A DNA stretch of 64,000 nucleotides, from contig CAVWLW010000051.1 in assembly GCA_963755715.1 (NCBI GenBank), positions 1 through 64,000 on the forward strand. Reading direction: 5' to 3'. Positions 30,289 through 40,592 of the stretch are shown piece after piece; the first letter of the stretch is position 1, and every line of letters begins with the position of its first letter. Made by a program: the position numbers and the translations under genes. This stretch comes from an uncultured delta proteobacterium (lineage in GTDB: Bacteria > Desulfobacterota > Binatia > UBA9968). Below the pieces are notes generated by a model. The model did no database searches, was not told the origin of the DNA, and saw nothing but the letters and a program-made list of their open reading frames with translations.

Positions 30289-32061
30289 ATGAGCCCCTCG
30301 ACAGGTACGATACCCGCAAATCGACATATTCAAAAATGGGTCAAAGACGTTGCCGCCATGTGCCAGCCGGATGAAGTTTTTTGGTGCGACGGCTCGGAGG
30401 ATGAAAAAGAACGTCTCACCAAGATCGCGGTGCACGGTGGCGATCTCATCCCGCTCAATCAAAAGGAACTCCCGGGTTGTTATCTGCATCGCAGCGCGCT
30501 CAACGACGTGGCGCGGACGGAAAATCTTACTTTCGTTTGCACAGATGAGCAGGAGGAAGCGGGCCCCAACAATAATTGGATGGCGCCGGCTGAGTCTTAC
30601 GATAAGCTTTCGAAAATTTACGCCGGCTCGATGCGCGGCCGGACGCTCTATGTGATTCCGTTTCTCATGGGGCCCGCGGGTTCGCGCTTCAGCAAGGTCG
30701 GCGTCCAAGTCACGGACAGCGTCTATGTTGTGCTCAACATGCGCTTAATGACGCGCATGGGCAAGATTGCTCTCGATCACCTCGGCAACTCCGACGACTT
30801 CACCCGCTGCCTTCATTCCAAAGCCGACCTCGATATCGAACGGCGCTTCATTTGTCACTACCCGCAAGACAACACGATCTGGAGCGTCGGTTCAGGCTAT
30901 GGCGGGAATGCGTTGCTAGCGAAAAAATGTCTCGCGCTCCGCATCGCCAGCAAGCTCGGTCAAAAGGAAGGCTGGCTCGCCGAGCATATGCTCATCGTCG
31001 GCGTTGAAAGCCCGGATGGCGAGATCACGTACATCTGCGGCGCTTTTCCTAGCGCTTGCGGCAAGACCAATATGGCCATGCTGGTGCCGCCCGCGAGCAT
31101 GAAGGGTTGGAAGATCCACACGATCGGCGACGATATCTCCTGGCTGCGCGTCGGGGCGGATGGCCGGCTCTGGGCGATTAACCCGGAAGCGGGCTTTTTT
31201 GGCGTGGCCCCGGGAACCGGCTCGAACACCAACTCTAACGGCTTTAAAATGGTGAAAAGAGATACGATTTTCACCAACGTCGCGCTGCGCGATGACGGCA
31301 CGGTCTGGTGGGAAGGCCATGATGATCCTGTTCCTGACAACGCGCAAGATTGGCGCGGCAAGCCATGGGACCCGGAAGGGGGCTATCCTGCGGCGCACCC
31401 CAACGCGCGTTTCACGGTCTCGATAAAACAGAGCCCAACGTATTCACCAGAATGGGAAAAACCTGAAGGCGTGCCGATCAGCGCCATGCTCTTCGGCGCG
31501 CGCCGGCAGAAACTGGTCCCGCTGGTCTATCAATCGTTCAATTGGCAACATGGCACATTCCTGGGTGCTACACTGGCCTCTGAAACCACCGCAGCAGCTA
31601 CCGGTGCGGTGGGCGTCGTGCGGCGCGATCCGATGGCGATGCTGCCGTTCTGTGGCTACAACATGGGCGACTACTGGGGCCATTGGCTATCGATGGGCAA
31701 GCAAGTGACCAATCCGCCGAAAATTTTCCGCATCAATTGGTTCCAGCGCAACGAACGCGGCCGATTTCTCTGGCCGGGATTCGGCGAGAACCTGCGCGTG
31801 CTGCGTTGGGTCATTGAGCGCTCGAAGGGCGGCGGCCAGGCCAATGAGACGCCGATCGGATACGTGCCGCAGGCAACGAGCTTGATCGGCGAAGGCCTCG
31901 ACGTATCCAAGTCCGATGTCGATCAGCTCCTCAGCGTCGACCGCCAGGGCTGGAAAAATAATCTCAAGAGCCAAAGCGATTTTTTCGATACTTTCGGCGA
32001 CCATTTGCCGGCGGCTCTAAGGGAAGAGCACGCTTCGCTGGCGAACCGGCTCAAAGGTTGA
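30289..32061 (+). CDS. pckG: Phosphoenolpyruvate carboxykinase (GTP)
   Basis: GSGYGGNALL, FPSACGKTN, GDDI, NPEAGFFG, DPMAMLPFCGY. Confidence 0.96.
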   Translation: MSPSTGTIPANRHIQKWVKDVAAMCQPDEVFWCDGSEDEKERLTKIAVHGGDLIPLNQKELPGCYLHRSALNDVARTENLTFVCTDEQEEAGPNNNWMAPAESYDKLSKIYAGSMRGRTLYVIPFLMGPAGSRFSKVGVQVTDSVYVVLNMRLMTRMGKIALDHLGNSDDFTRCLHSKADLDIERRFICHYPQDNTIWSVGSGYGGNALLAKKCLALRIASKLGQKEGWLAEHMLIVGVESPDGEITYICGAFPSACGKTNMAMLVPPASMKGWKIHTIGDDISWLRVGADGRLWAINPEAGFFGVAPGTGSNTNSNGFKMVKRDTIFTNVALRDDGTVWWEGHDDPVPDNAQDWRGKPWDPEGGYPAAHPNARFTVSIKQSPTYSPEWEKPEGVPISAMLFGARRQKLVPLVYQSFNWQHGTFLGATLASETTAAATGAVGVVRRDPMAMLPFCGYNMGDYWGHWLSMGKQVTNPPKIFRINWFQRNERGRFLWPGFGENLRVLRWVIERSKGGGQANETPIGYVPQATSLIGEGLDVSKSDVDQLLSVDRQGWKNNLKSQSDFFDTFGDHLPAALREEHASLANRLKG

Positions 32062-32076
32062 ATCAGGGAGATATTT

Positions 32077-32388
32077 ATGGCGCGTGGACATCACGACGTT
32101 GGCGGTCTTCCGGGTGCGGGGCCGATCGATCAAGGCCAGCACGACCTTTCCGACTGGGAGATTCTCGCCGATGCCGTCAATCAGGCGCTCGGCGCCAAAG
32201 GCATAAAGCGCACCGACGAAATGCGCCGCGCCCGCGAAGAAATGGACTCCGCCGCTTATCGCGATATGACTTATTACGAGCGTTGGATCGCCAGCATCGA
32301 AGCCATTCTGATCGAAAAGAAAATTCTCACCGAGGACGAAATCAATCGAAAGCTGGCGCAATTCGAAACCAAGTGGGGCGAGCCGTGA
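32077..32388 (+). CDS. Thiocyanate hydrolase beta-like (NHase-beta N-terminal half)
   Basis: HDVGG, WE, DEMRRARE, YYERW, EKKILTEDE. Confidence 0.85.
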   Translation: MARGHHDVGGLPGAGPIDQGQHDLSDWEILADAVNQALGAKGIKRTDEMRRAREEMDSAAYRDMTYYERWIASIEAILIEKKILTEDEINRKLAQFETKWGEP

Positions 32389-32678
32389 CCGCAGCGGTCG
32401 ACAAATTCAAGCCGGGTGATCGAGTCAAGGTAAAATTTGAAGACCGTCCCGGCCACATCCGAACGCCCTGGTATATTCGCGGCAAGACCGGCTGCGTTGA
32501 GCGCGTTTACGGGGAATTTTTAAATCCCGAATCGCTGGCCTTTGGCCGTGATGGCCTGCCCAAAAAAACCCTTTATCTGATCGCCTTCAATCAGGTCGAT
32601 GTATGGGGCGAATCGGCAAAAACACAGGATAAGGTCTTGGTCGATATCTACGAGCATTGGCTCGAACCGGTCGCATGA
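32385..32678 (+). CDS. Thiocyanate hydrolase alpha-like (NHase-beta C-terminal SH3-like half)
   Basis: FKPGDRV, HIRTPWYIRGKTG, VDIYEHWLEP; GTGA overlap. Confidence 0.85.
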   Translation: MTAAVDKFKPGDRVKVKFEDRPGHIRTPWYIRGKTGCVERVYGEFLNPESLAFGRDGLPKKTLYLIAFNQVDVWGESAKTQDKVLVDIYEHWLEPVA

Positions 32679-32690
32679 GGAGATTTCATC

Positions 32691-33320
32691 GTGAGTGATT
32701 TAACCAGCGACGCCCATGGTCATGAGCACCCGAAACACGAGTTGAGTGACCATGCCAAGCGCATCTATGCGATTCGGGATCTGCTGATCGAAAAAGGTGT
32801 GATCACTGAGAAGGACATTCAATGCCAGATCGACTATCAGGAAGCGCGCTCGCCGGCCAACGGCGCCAAGCTCGTCGCCCGCGCGTGGGTCGATCCGGCT
32901 TTCAAGGCGCGCTTCATTGCCGATCCTAAAGCCGCCTGTGCGGAACTCGGCATCGATGCCACGGCGATCAACGAATTCGTCGTTCTCGAAAACACTGAGA
33001 AGGTGCGCCACATGGTGGTTTGCACTTTATGCTCCTGTTATCCCCGGCCGATATTGGGCAGGCCGCCGGACTGGTACAAAAGCTTCAACTACCGGCAACG
33101 CGCAGTGGTCGATCCGCGCGGGGTGATGCGTGAGTTTGGCTTCGACCCGCCGGACAACGTCGAAGTGCGCGTGCATGACAGCACAGCGGACATCCGTTAT
33201 CTGGTTTTGCCGCTCCGTCCCAAAGGCACGCAGGGTTGGAGCGAAGACGACCTTGCCAAACTGGTCACGCGCGACAGTATGATCGGGGTCATGAACGCCC
33301 TGAGTTCGCTTCCTGAATAG
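32691..33320 (+). CDS. Co-type nitrile hydratase alpha / thiocyanate hydrolase gamma subunit
   Basis: VCTLCSCYPRPILG claw motif; ARAWVDPAFK. Confidence 0.92.
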   Translation: MSDLTSDAHGHEHPKHELSDHAKRIYAIRDLLIEKGVITEKDIQCQIDYQEARSPANGAKLVARAWVDPAFKARFIADPKAACAELGIDATAINEFVVLENTEKVRHMVVCTLCSCYPRPILGRPPDWYKSFNYRQRAVVDPRGVMREFGFDPPDNVEVRVHDSTADIRYLVLPLRPKGTQGWSEDDLAKLVTRDSMIGVMNALSSLPE

Positions 33321-33516
33321 CTCCCTTGTTTCCGCCGAATTCCTCTCAGCGCTAAAATCGTGAAAAAGGGCGAGCGCCGCTGGGTTACAGCCTTGGGCCG
33401 CTGCCTTTTTTTGTTGATTTTTTTGGCTACTGTTCGTACCATTTGCGATACGGCTGGGTCAAAAACATTGGAAATGATTTTAGATCCCTCGCGCGTGAAT
33501 TGAGGAAGTCTCTGTA

Positions 33517-34002
33517 ATGATTCGCCTTAAATATGCGACGACTCTGCGTTGTATTGCTCAGGATCTTGAGCTGCGCGGGCTAAAAACATTCGATATTCGC
33601 CCGAATGAACATGAATATGTCGTGGATTGCGGCTACCAGGAGCCGCCGGCTCCGACTCCGATGACGATTCATTATACGCTCAAAGATCTCGACGAGCTCG
33701 AACAAGTGGGCGCAACCAAGCGCGGCACGGCCGCGCCGGCCAAAGAGTTTCTCAATCAAGTACAAATTTTTCGCAGCATTGGTGGCTATCTCGATAAAAA
33801 TGAGGCCAAGCTGATTCGCATCACGAACAACGCCGCTACGGGCAAAGATTCGATATTCAAAGTCGAATATATCACTCGTGACGGTGAAGCAATGATCGAC
33901 GACCGAGTTGGATCGGCGCTCTACGACATGTGTGTGTCGATGTACAAGCAACGAGGAAAATTGACCGGCACCGGTGGCCGGCGATCACGTTGGCGCGGCT
34001 AG
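33517..34002 (+). CDS. Hypothetical protein
   Basis: 161-aa ORF with GAGG RBS; no recognised motif. Confidence 0.7.
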   Translation: MIRLKYATTLRCIAQDLELRGLKTFDIRPNEHEYVVDCGYQEPPAPTPMTIHYTLKDLDELEQVGATKRGTAAPAKEFLNQVQIFRSIGGYLDKNEAKLIRITNNAATGKDSIFKVEYITRDGEAMIDDRVGSALYDMCVSMYKQRGKLTGTGGRRSRWRG

Positions 34003-34072
34003 ATTTCGACGATTTTCGACAAAGGATAAACGGCTCGGCAGGAATCCTTCTTCTGCCCGGCGGCCTTAAAAC

Positions 34073-34576
34073 TTGGACACAACGCCTGATTACTATTCGT
34101 TACTCGGTCTAAAACGCGGGGCAAGCGCGGAGGAAGTTAAGCGGGCTTACCGCAAGGCGGTGTTTCGTTACCACCCGGACCGCAATCCCGGCGACGACGA
34201 AGCCGCCGGCAAATTTAAACAGGTCTTGGACGCCTACGAGGTCTTATCGGATAACAAGAAGCGGGCTAACTACGATGAAGTCACGCATACCGGTGAAGCC
34301 GAGGAAGAGGAAGTCGAAGAAGAGCAAACCGAGCCGAACGAAGCAAAGTCCGGCGATGGCCAAGCCCACGGCTTTCACTTCACGCAAGATTTCAAGCAAA
34401 AAATCGAACCGGAGCCAAAATGTCCTTCCTGTTCCGCCGTGGGAACCGATCATATCATCTCGCGCAAGGGTGGCGCGGCCTCAGCACGCGGTAAGCAATT
34501 CGTCCTGGCGCCTTTTAGCGTAATTTTCTGCAACGCCTGTGGCCACGTCTATGGCGTGACGCCAAGCGCTTCCTGA
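34073..34576 (+). CDS. J-domain protein with C-terminal zinc ribbon
   Basis: DYYSLLG, YHPDRNP, acidic linker, CPSC...CNAC. Confidence 0.85.
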   Translation: MDTTPDYYSLLGLKRGASAEEVKRAYRKAVFRYHPDRNPGDDEAAGKFKQVLDAYEVLSDNKKRANYDEVTHTGEAEEEEVEEEQTEPNEAKSGDGQAHGFHFTQDFKQKIEPEPKCPSCSAVGTDHIISRKGGAASARGKQFVLAPFSVIFCNACGHVYGVTPSAS

Positions 34577-34771
34577 TCGCATCTCACACTCGCCGCTCAG
34601 CATTTTTTCGGAGAAGACATGACGCGGGCGCTCTCCAGTTTGCTTGCGCAGATCGCGTTCGCGCGCAACGACCCCATGCTCGGCAGATAAATCAGCACCC
34701 GGTATGAAACGGCTCGGTGAAATTTTAGCTGCGCTAGACGAAGCGTTGATCCCGTCTGGGTTCTTACCGGT

Positions 34772-35533
34772 TCAATGCATCACGCCGCCGCCTTCGACAA
34801 CCAGCAGTTGGCCGGTAATGAAGTCGCTGTCAGAGCTCGCCAAGAACAACGCCGTGCCGACGATATCGGCGGGAGTTTCGATGCGCCGAAAGGCGCGCTT
34901 GTCGACGCTGCCCTCGCGTCGTTTTAGCACTTCGTCCGATACCGATTCTTCGCTCATGGTCGAGCCCGGCGTCATGCAGTTGACGTTGATGCCCCATTCG
35001 CCCAACTGGCGAGCCATCACGCGCGTCAGCGCAACCACGCCGCCTTTGGCGGTCGTGTAGTGCGGCATGTTGCCGGAGCCGCTAAAGAAAGTGCCCGAGG
35101 CGATATTGATGATCTTGCCGCTCTTTTGCTGTTTCATGATCGGGATCACCGCCTTGCTGCACAAGAATACGCCTTTCAAGTTGACTTCGATGACCCGATC
35201 CCATTCTTCCAGCGCCAGTTCTTCCACCGGGCCCTTCCACAATTTCTGGGTGACGTAAATCGCCGCGTTGTTGAGCAGCACGTCGACGCGGCCATATTTT
35301 TTTACGGTCTCGCGCATCAAACCTTCGACGTTCGGCAAGCTGCGCACATCGGTGTGACGCGCCCACGCCGAGCCACCGCTATCGGCGATCGCTTTGGCCG
35401 TCGCTTCTCCGCCGCCAGCGTCGATGTCGGCAACGACGACGTGAGCGCCTTCTTCGGCGAAGCGCCGAGCGTATGCTTTGCCGATGCCGTGGGCGGCGCC
35501 GGTGATGACGGTGACTTTGTCTTTCAAGCGCAT
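34772..35533 (-). CDS. Short-chain dehydrogenase/reductase
   Basis: TGAAHGIG, NNAA, YTTAK. Confidence 0.92.
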   Translation of the reverse strand: MRLKDKVTVITGAAHGIGKAYARRFAEEGAHVVVADIDAGGGEATAKAIADSGGSAWARHTDVRSLPNVEGLMRETVKKYGRVDVLLNNAAIYVTQKLWKGPVEELALEEWDRVIEVNLKGVFLCSKAVIPIMKQQKSGKIINIASGTFFSGSGNMPHYTTAKGGVVALTRVMARQLGEWGINVNCMTPGSTMSEESVSDEVLKRREGSVDKRAFRRIETPADIVGTALFLASSDSDFITGQLLVVEGGGVMH

Positions 35534-35593
35534 GAGACCTCCATCGCGACGGATCGCCGATGAGCGAACTGAGCAAACCAATTTGCGAGGAGT

Positions 35594-36472
35594 TTAAGTA
35601 AAGCTCGGCGTCCTGCCGTCTAACAAACTTTCCAGCCGCGCCGAAGGAAAACGAAGCCCGACAAAAAAAGTGCCGAACAGGCCGTAAACGGCGCTGGCTT
35701 CGTCGAAGCGCATTTCATAAACGAGCTTTTTAAAAACCAACGGATCGTCGGCAAAAAGATCGACGCCCCATTCCCAGTCATCGAAGCCGATGGATCCGGA
35801 AATGATCTGGGTCACGCGCCCGGCGTAGTGGCGGCCGATCATGCCGTGCTCGCGCATCATTCTTTGCCGCTCGCGAATCGGCTCGCTGTACCAGTTCTTG
35901 GTCTCGCCGCGGAATTTGTTCATCGGGTAAAAGCACAGATAACGGCGCTGGGGAATCTCCGGCCACAAGCGCGCCGCCGCCGCTTGGCGCTGTGTGGCCA
36001 ACTCCGTTTCGACTGCTCTGTTCCATTCCGCCGTGCCGTGCTGAAGTCCCTGCGCCGTCAGGTCGGCGTAGAGTTTTACCGAAGCTTCGTACAGTCCCAG
36101 CTCGACCACGGAGAAATAAGAAGTCGTGGGCTCGATATACTCGTTAAGCTCGGTGCGGGCGACGGTCAACTCGGCATGGTTGATCTCATCGAGCGTCTTA
36201 CGAAAATGGACGATCATCAGATCGCCTTTGTGGCCCAGCAGCGAAAACAGACCGGTGGGCTCTTGCTTGTTTTCTTCCATGGCACCGAACGTTGCTACGG
36301 CGCCGGTCAGAACATGCTTTTTTTCCGAGCCGAGCGCGCGCCAGGCGGTCCAGCGCACGCGGAACATCTGATGCAGGATAAACGATCCGTCGAGAGTCAG
36401 CGGGGTGGGCGGCAAATCGCCGGTTGGCTTGCTCGTCGGTGGGCGCTCCATGGGATTCGATTCGACCATCAT
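35594..36472 (-). CDS. hemQ: Coproheme decarboxylase (HemQ/ChdC, chlorite dismutase family)
   Basis: GHKGDL, FYPMNK, MREHGMIGR, GFDDWEWGVDLF, YEMRFDE. Confidence 0.85.
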   Translation of the reverse strand: MMVESNPMERPPTSKPTGDLPPTPLTLDGSFILHQMFRVRWTAWRALGSEKKHVLTGAVATFGAMEENKQEPTGLFSLLGHKGDLMIVHFRKTLDEINHAELTVARTELNEYIEPTTSYFSVVELGLYEASVKLYADLTAQGLQHGTAEWNRAVETELATQRQAAAARLWPEIPQRRYLCFYPMNKFRGETKNWYSEPIRERQRMMREHGMIGRHYAGRVTQIISGSIGFDDWEWGVDLFADDPLVFKKLVYEMRFDEASAVYGLFGTFFVGLRFPSARLESLLDGRTPSFT

Positions 36473-36473
36473 G

Positions 36474-37115
36474 CTATGTCGGCTGCGGCGAAGATCCGTT
36501 TGGCGCGGGCTGATCGGGTTTGACGCCGCGCATTTTATTTCGCAGCGCTTGGAAACCGCGCTTGGCTAAACGGTAAATCTTGGGCACCAGCCATGCCACC
36601 AGCGCGAGAAAAACCAGCACCAGGATGATCATGACGATCGGGTGATTGAACATCAGCCAGAGACTGCCGAAGACGGTCAAGTCTTCGGTAATGCTCGCGG
36701 CCCAGTTGCTGAACGGCTCCGGGCTTGCATTGATGGCCAGGCGCGCCGTCGCTTTGGTGCCGTGGGCGATGAGTGCGATCGAACCACCGGCTAGCAAGGC
36801 CATCAATTCCAACGCCGGATTCAGGTCGCCGAGCGAGCGCGCCGCCAAGATCGCGCCAGCGGGCACGCGAATAAATGTATGGAGGGCATCCCAGCCGGTA
36901 TCGAGGTACGGCACTTTGTCGGCGAAAAATTCGATGAAGTACATGATGCAGGCGATGGCGATAACACCGGGATGGGACAGCACTTCGAGGTTTTGCGGCA
37001 ACTGGATCATCTCGAGCCGATTGGCGATGCCCAGCGCGGCCACCGTGGCGTAAAGATTGATGCCCGAGGTCCAAGCGGTGCCCATCGCCAGACTTAATGC
37101 TTCAATTGTGCCCAT
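36474..37115 (-). CDS. DUF4126 membrane protein
   Basis: SGINLYA, EFFADKVP, SPEPFSNW...ED. Confidence 0.88.
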   Translation of the reverse strand: MGTIEALSLAMGTAWTSGINLYATVAALGIANRLEMIQLPQNLEVLSHPGVIAIACIMYFIEFFADKVPYLDTGWDALHTFIRVPAGAILAARSLGDLNPALELMALLAGGSIALIAHGTKATARLAINASPEPFSNWAASITEDLTVFGSLWLMFNHPIVMIILVLVFLALVAWLVPKIYRLAKRGFQALRNKMRGVKPDQPAPNGSSPQPT

Positions 37116-37215
37116 AGATTGACTCCGATTCCGGCCGTTGGCGGCCAGGGTATACAGTTTTGACGTTGCCGCGGGTCAAACCATATCACTCGCCGGACGT
37201 TGTCGAAAACAATCG

Positions 37216-38647
37216 CTAAATCTTAAACTTGTCGGCGATCTGCTGCTTGTATTCCTTGGTAAAGGCATTGACCGCCGGGAATTGATCGAGCCATTTAAAC
37301 GGCCGGCAAGCATCGATCAGCACGCGATCGGTGGTATAGCCGCGCGGCGAGCGCTCTTCCGGTGGCAGGGCCGGCTCGCACACCGACGCCCATACGCCTT
37401 TGACGATATCGAGATCCTCACGCACGTGGCAACGCGTGGCGATCGCCCAGATGACGTCCGCGGGATTGGTAATATCGATATCGTCATCGACCACGACGAC
37501 GAACTTGCCGCCGTAGGCGCCGGCGCGCGCTCCGGCAGCGACCAGCAGGGCTTGCTTCGAGTGACCCGGCATAGCGCTGCTTGATGGAAACCACAGTAAA
37601 CGGGCCGGGCTGGCCGCCGTAAACAAAACCCCAAACGCCTTTCACTTCGGGGATGCCGGCCTTTTCGAGCTGTTCCCATAGCGTCGCGGCGCCGAGCGGG
37701 ATCGGCAGATAACTTGATGGCGGTTTGAGCGGCGGCGCGCCGAGCAGAATCGGGTTGTTGCGGTAATACACGCGCTTGACTTCCATAAGCGGCGTCTCGC
37801 CGACGTTTGCTTCGGTAAAATAACCCGGCCATTCGCCGAACGGACCTTCCTTTGGCATCTCTTCGTCTTTCATCGGCAGGATCTCGCCTTCGAGGACGAT
37901 CTCCGCATTCGCCGGAATCGGCAAGCCGGTCGCCGCGCCGCGCACGACCGGCACCGGCGAGCCTTGCAGATAGCCGGCAAACTCGAATTCATTCACGTCC
38001 GGCGGCAAGGGCATCTGCGCGGCAAGAAAAATCGCCGGACCTTGGCACAGAGTGATTGCCACAGGCAATGACTTGCCGGCATCGCGCGCCCGTTCGAAGG
38101 CGAGGCGGCCGTGCTTGCCCATATTCATTTTCACCGAAACGTGATTCTTGTCTTGGACCATGACGCGATAGGTGCCGATGTTGACCGCGCCCGTTTCTGG
38201 ATCTTTAGTAATGATGCCGCAACCGGTGCCGATATATGGACCGCCGTCCAAGTCATGCCAGTTCGGCACGGGAAACTTGTAGAGATCGACGTCGTTTCCC
38301 GCCATTTGGTTTTCCAGCACCGGGCCGCCTTCCAATTGATTGACGGGCACGGGCTTATAAGCCGCGAGTTTTTTGCGCCAGGCATAAAGATAGTCGATGC
38401 CGTTTTCTTCGTTGATGCCCATCGCCGGGCCGGTGCGCTTGCAGGTGCGAAATACGTTGGAGATCACCCGGAAGCCCGCCGGATAATCTTTGAAATTGCT
38501 GAACAGCAAGGCCGGCCCTTCTTTGTCGGCGGCCAGCTCCGTCAGCGCGCCCACTTCCGTTTTCAAGTCCGCGCCATCGATGTGGCGCAGCTCGCCCATC
38601 CCCTCAAGCACGTCGATGTATCCTCTCATGTCAGTGACGTCCGTCAT
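37216..38647 (-). CDS. UbiD-family (prFMN) decarboxylase; +1 frameshift at ~37567
   Basis: DGGPYIGT, NIGTYR, EGPFGEWPGY, then VVVDDDIDI...WAIATR and IDACRP in the shifted frame. Confidence 0.88.
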
Positions 38648-38822
38648 TAAAACCTCCTAAGATGACGCTCATACTAGGTTGGCAGGAAAAGGGAGTCAAC
38701 CAACTGGACCGTGTAAATCATTTTGCGCCAGACACAACCGTGTCGGCTTTGGCGCGATCTCGCGATCCACTCCAGCATTGGCTCCGCTCCGTTGACGGCT
38801 TCCTTGTCATTGCGTATGTTGC

Positions 38823-38837
38823 AAGCAATAATTGCTT
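38823..38837. promoter_or_regulatory. Perfect palindromic operator-like site
   Basis: AAGCAAT-A-ATTGCTT in the divergent ubiD/amidohydrolase intergenic region. Confidence 0.55.
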
Positions 38838-38890
38838 ATCGCCAAAAAATAACCGGCCCCCAAGGCCATTAACGATTCACGGAGGACCTT

Positions 38891-40588
38891 ATGGCATACG
38901 ATCTGATAGTTCGCGGCGGTCGCGTCGTCGATGGCTCCGGACTGCCGTCTTACGTCGCCGATGTCGGCGTCAAGGATGGTAAAATTGCCGAAGTAGGCCG
39001 CCTCAAAGACGGCGCCGCGAGGACGATCGATGCGACGGGGCTGGCGGTCGCACCGGGCTTTATCGATCACCACACCCACTTAGATGCGCAAATGCTATGG
39101 GATCCCTACGGCACCTGTGAGCCGCAGCATGGGATTACATCGGTCGTGATGGGCAACTGCGGTCTTTCGTTGGCGCCGCGTAGAGCGGGGATCGAAGATG
39201 CGATCGTCAAGAGCTTCGTGCGCGTGGAAGCGATGCCGCGGATCGCTTTGGAGCAGGGCGTCAAATGGAACTGGAACAGCTATGGCGAGTATCTCGATAA
39301 CTTCGAGGGCAAAGTCGGGATCAATGTCGGCGGTCTAGTCGGCCATATCGCCGTGCGTCATAATGCCATGGGCGAGGAAGCAGTCGAGCGCAGCGCCACT
39401 GGAGCCGAAGTGCAAAAGATGCGCGGCCTGGTGTTGGAAGCCATGGAAGGCGGCGCGCTGGGAATGTCGACGAACCGCAACGACCGCCATATGCGCGAGG
39501 ACGGCAAGCCGGTGGCCAGTCGTTTGGCGGATGACGAAGAATTTTTTGCCCTGTGCGACGTCTTAGCCGAACGTAATGCCGGCGTGATCGAAACCATTCT
39601 TGGCCGCAACAAGATCGAGCACTTCAAGTGGTACCACGAATTGGCCAAGCGCACGCAGCGGCCGATTCTCTGGCAAAGCTTGCAACACCGCTGGGCCGAG
39701 CCCAATCTCTGGCGCGAACAGCTGGACGCGGTCGAGCCGATCTTCAAGGCCGGCTATCAGGCCTACGGTTTATCGCATACCGTGCCGCTCGTGCGGCATT
39801 TTACGCTTAAGGATTGCCAAATCTTCGACGAATTCCCGACCTGGAAGAATTTGATGTTCCTACCGGTGGAAGTGCGCAAGCAAGCGTTCGCCGATGCCGA
39901 CACCCGGCGAAAACTCCAGGCCGAGCTCAGCGATTCGCGGCCGACCAACTTCCATAAACGCTGGGACATTCCGAAGGTCGAAAAAACATTCAAGCCGGAA
40001 AACCAAAAATACGTCGGCAAGACCATCGCCGAATTAGCCGCGATGCGAAACCAATCGCCATTGGATGCATTCCTCGATCTCGCGCTGGAAGAGGACCTGG
40101 AGACGATTTTTTGGAACGCCAACAACGGCGGAGATTGGAACGCGATGGGCGAGATCTTGCGCAGCCCCTATGTTCTCATCGGCACTTCGGACGCCGGTGC
40201 CCACGTGTTGTTTGGCGCCGACTTTGGCTACGGCACGATTCTGCTCGGCTTGTGGGTGCGCGAGCGCCAGGTGATGACGCTCGAGCAGGCTGTTCATAAA
40301 TTAACTTTCCATCCCGCTTCGATCTTCGGCCTCCAGGGCCGCGGCTTGTTGCGTTCCGGCTATGCGGCAGATATTGCGATCTTTGATCCCAAGACGGTTA
40401 ACGCCGAGGAGCCGGAGTGGGCCAACGATTTTCCAGCCAATACCAAACGAATGGTCCAGCGCTCGGTCGGTATGCACTACACGATCGTTAACGGCACCGT
40501 CATCAATGATGAGGGACGGATGACCGGCGACCTGCCGGGGCAGGTCCTTCGCGGTCCGCTTTATCGCCAGCAGAAAGCCGCGGCGTAA
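38891..40588 (+). CDS. N-acyl-D-amino-acid deacylase-like amidohydrolase
   Basis: PGFIDHHTHLD, VMGNCG, SDAGAH, GYAADI. Confidence 0.9.
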   Translation: MAYDLIVRGGRVVDGSGLPSYVADVGVKDGKIAEVGRLKDGAARTIDATGLAVAPGFIDHHTHLDAQMLWDPYGTCEPQHGITSVVMGNCGLSLAPRRAGIEDAIVKSFVRVEAMPRIALEQGVKWNWNSYGEYLDNFEGKVGINVGGLVGHIAVRHNAMGEEAVERSATGAEVQKMRGLVLEAMEGGALGMSTNRNDRHMREDGKPVASRLADDEEFFALCDVLAERNAGVIETILGRNKIEHFKWYHELAKRTQRPILWQSLQHRWAEPNLWREQLDAVEPIFKAGYQAYGLSHTVPLVRHFTLKDCQIFDEFPTWKNLMFLPVEVRKQAFADADTRRKLQAELSDSRPTNFHKRWDIPKVEKTFKPENQKYVGKTIAELAAMRNQSPLDAFLDLALEEDLETIFWNANNGGDWNAMGEILRSPYVLIGTSDAGAHVLFGADFGYGTILLGLWVRERQVMTLEQAVHKLTFHPASIFGLQGRGLLRSGYAADIAIFDPKTVNAEEPEWANDFPANTKRMVQRSVGMHYTIVNGTVINDEGRMTGDLPGQVLRGPLYRQQKAAA

Positions 40589-40592
40589 CCGG

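Noticed and set aside
29162-30289. Absence of nrnA, ribF, rpsO and pnp around truB
   Set aside because: Operon rearrangement here is common and uninformative without the rest of the genome.
32077-32678. Frameshifted single NHase beta gene
   Set aside because: The halves are joined by a GTGA start/stop overlap and lack the middle of NHase beta, matching a genuine split architecture.
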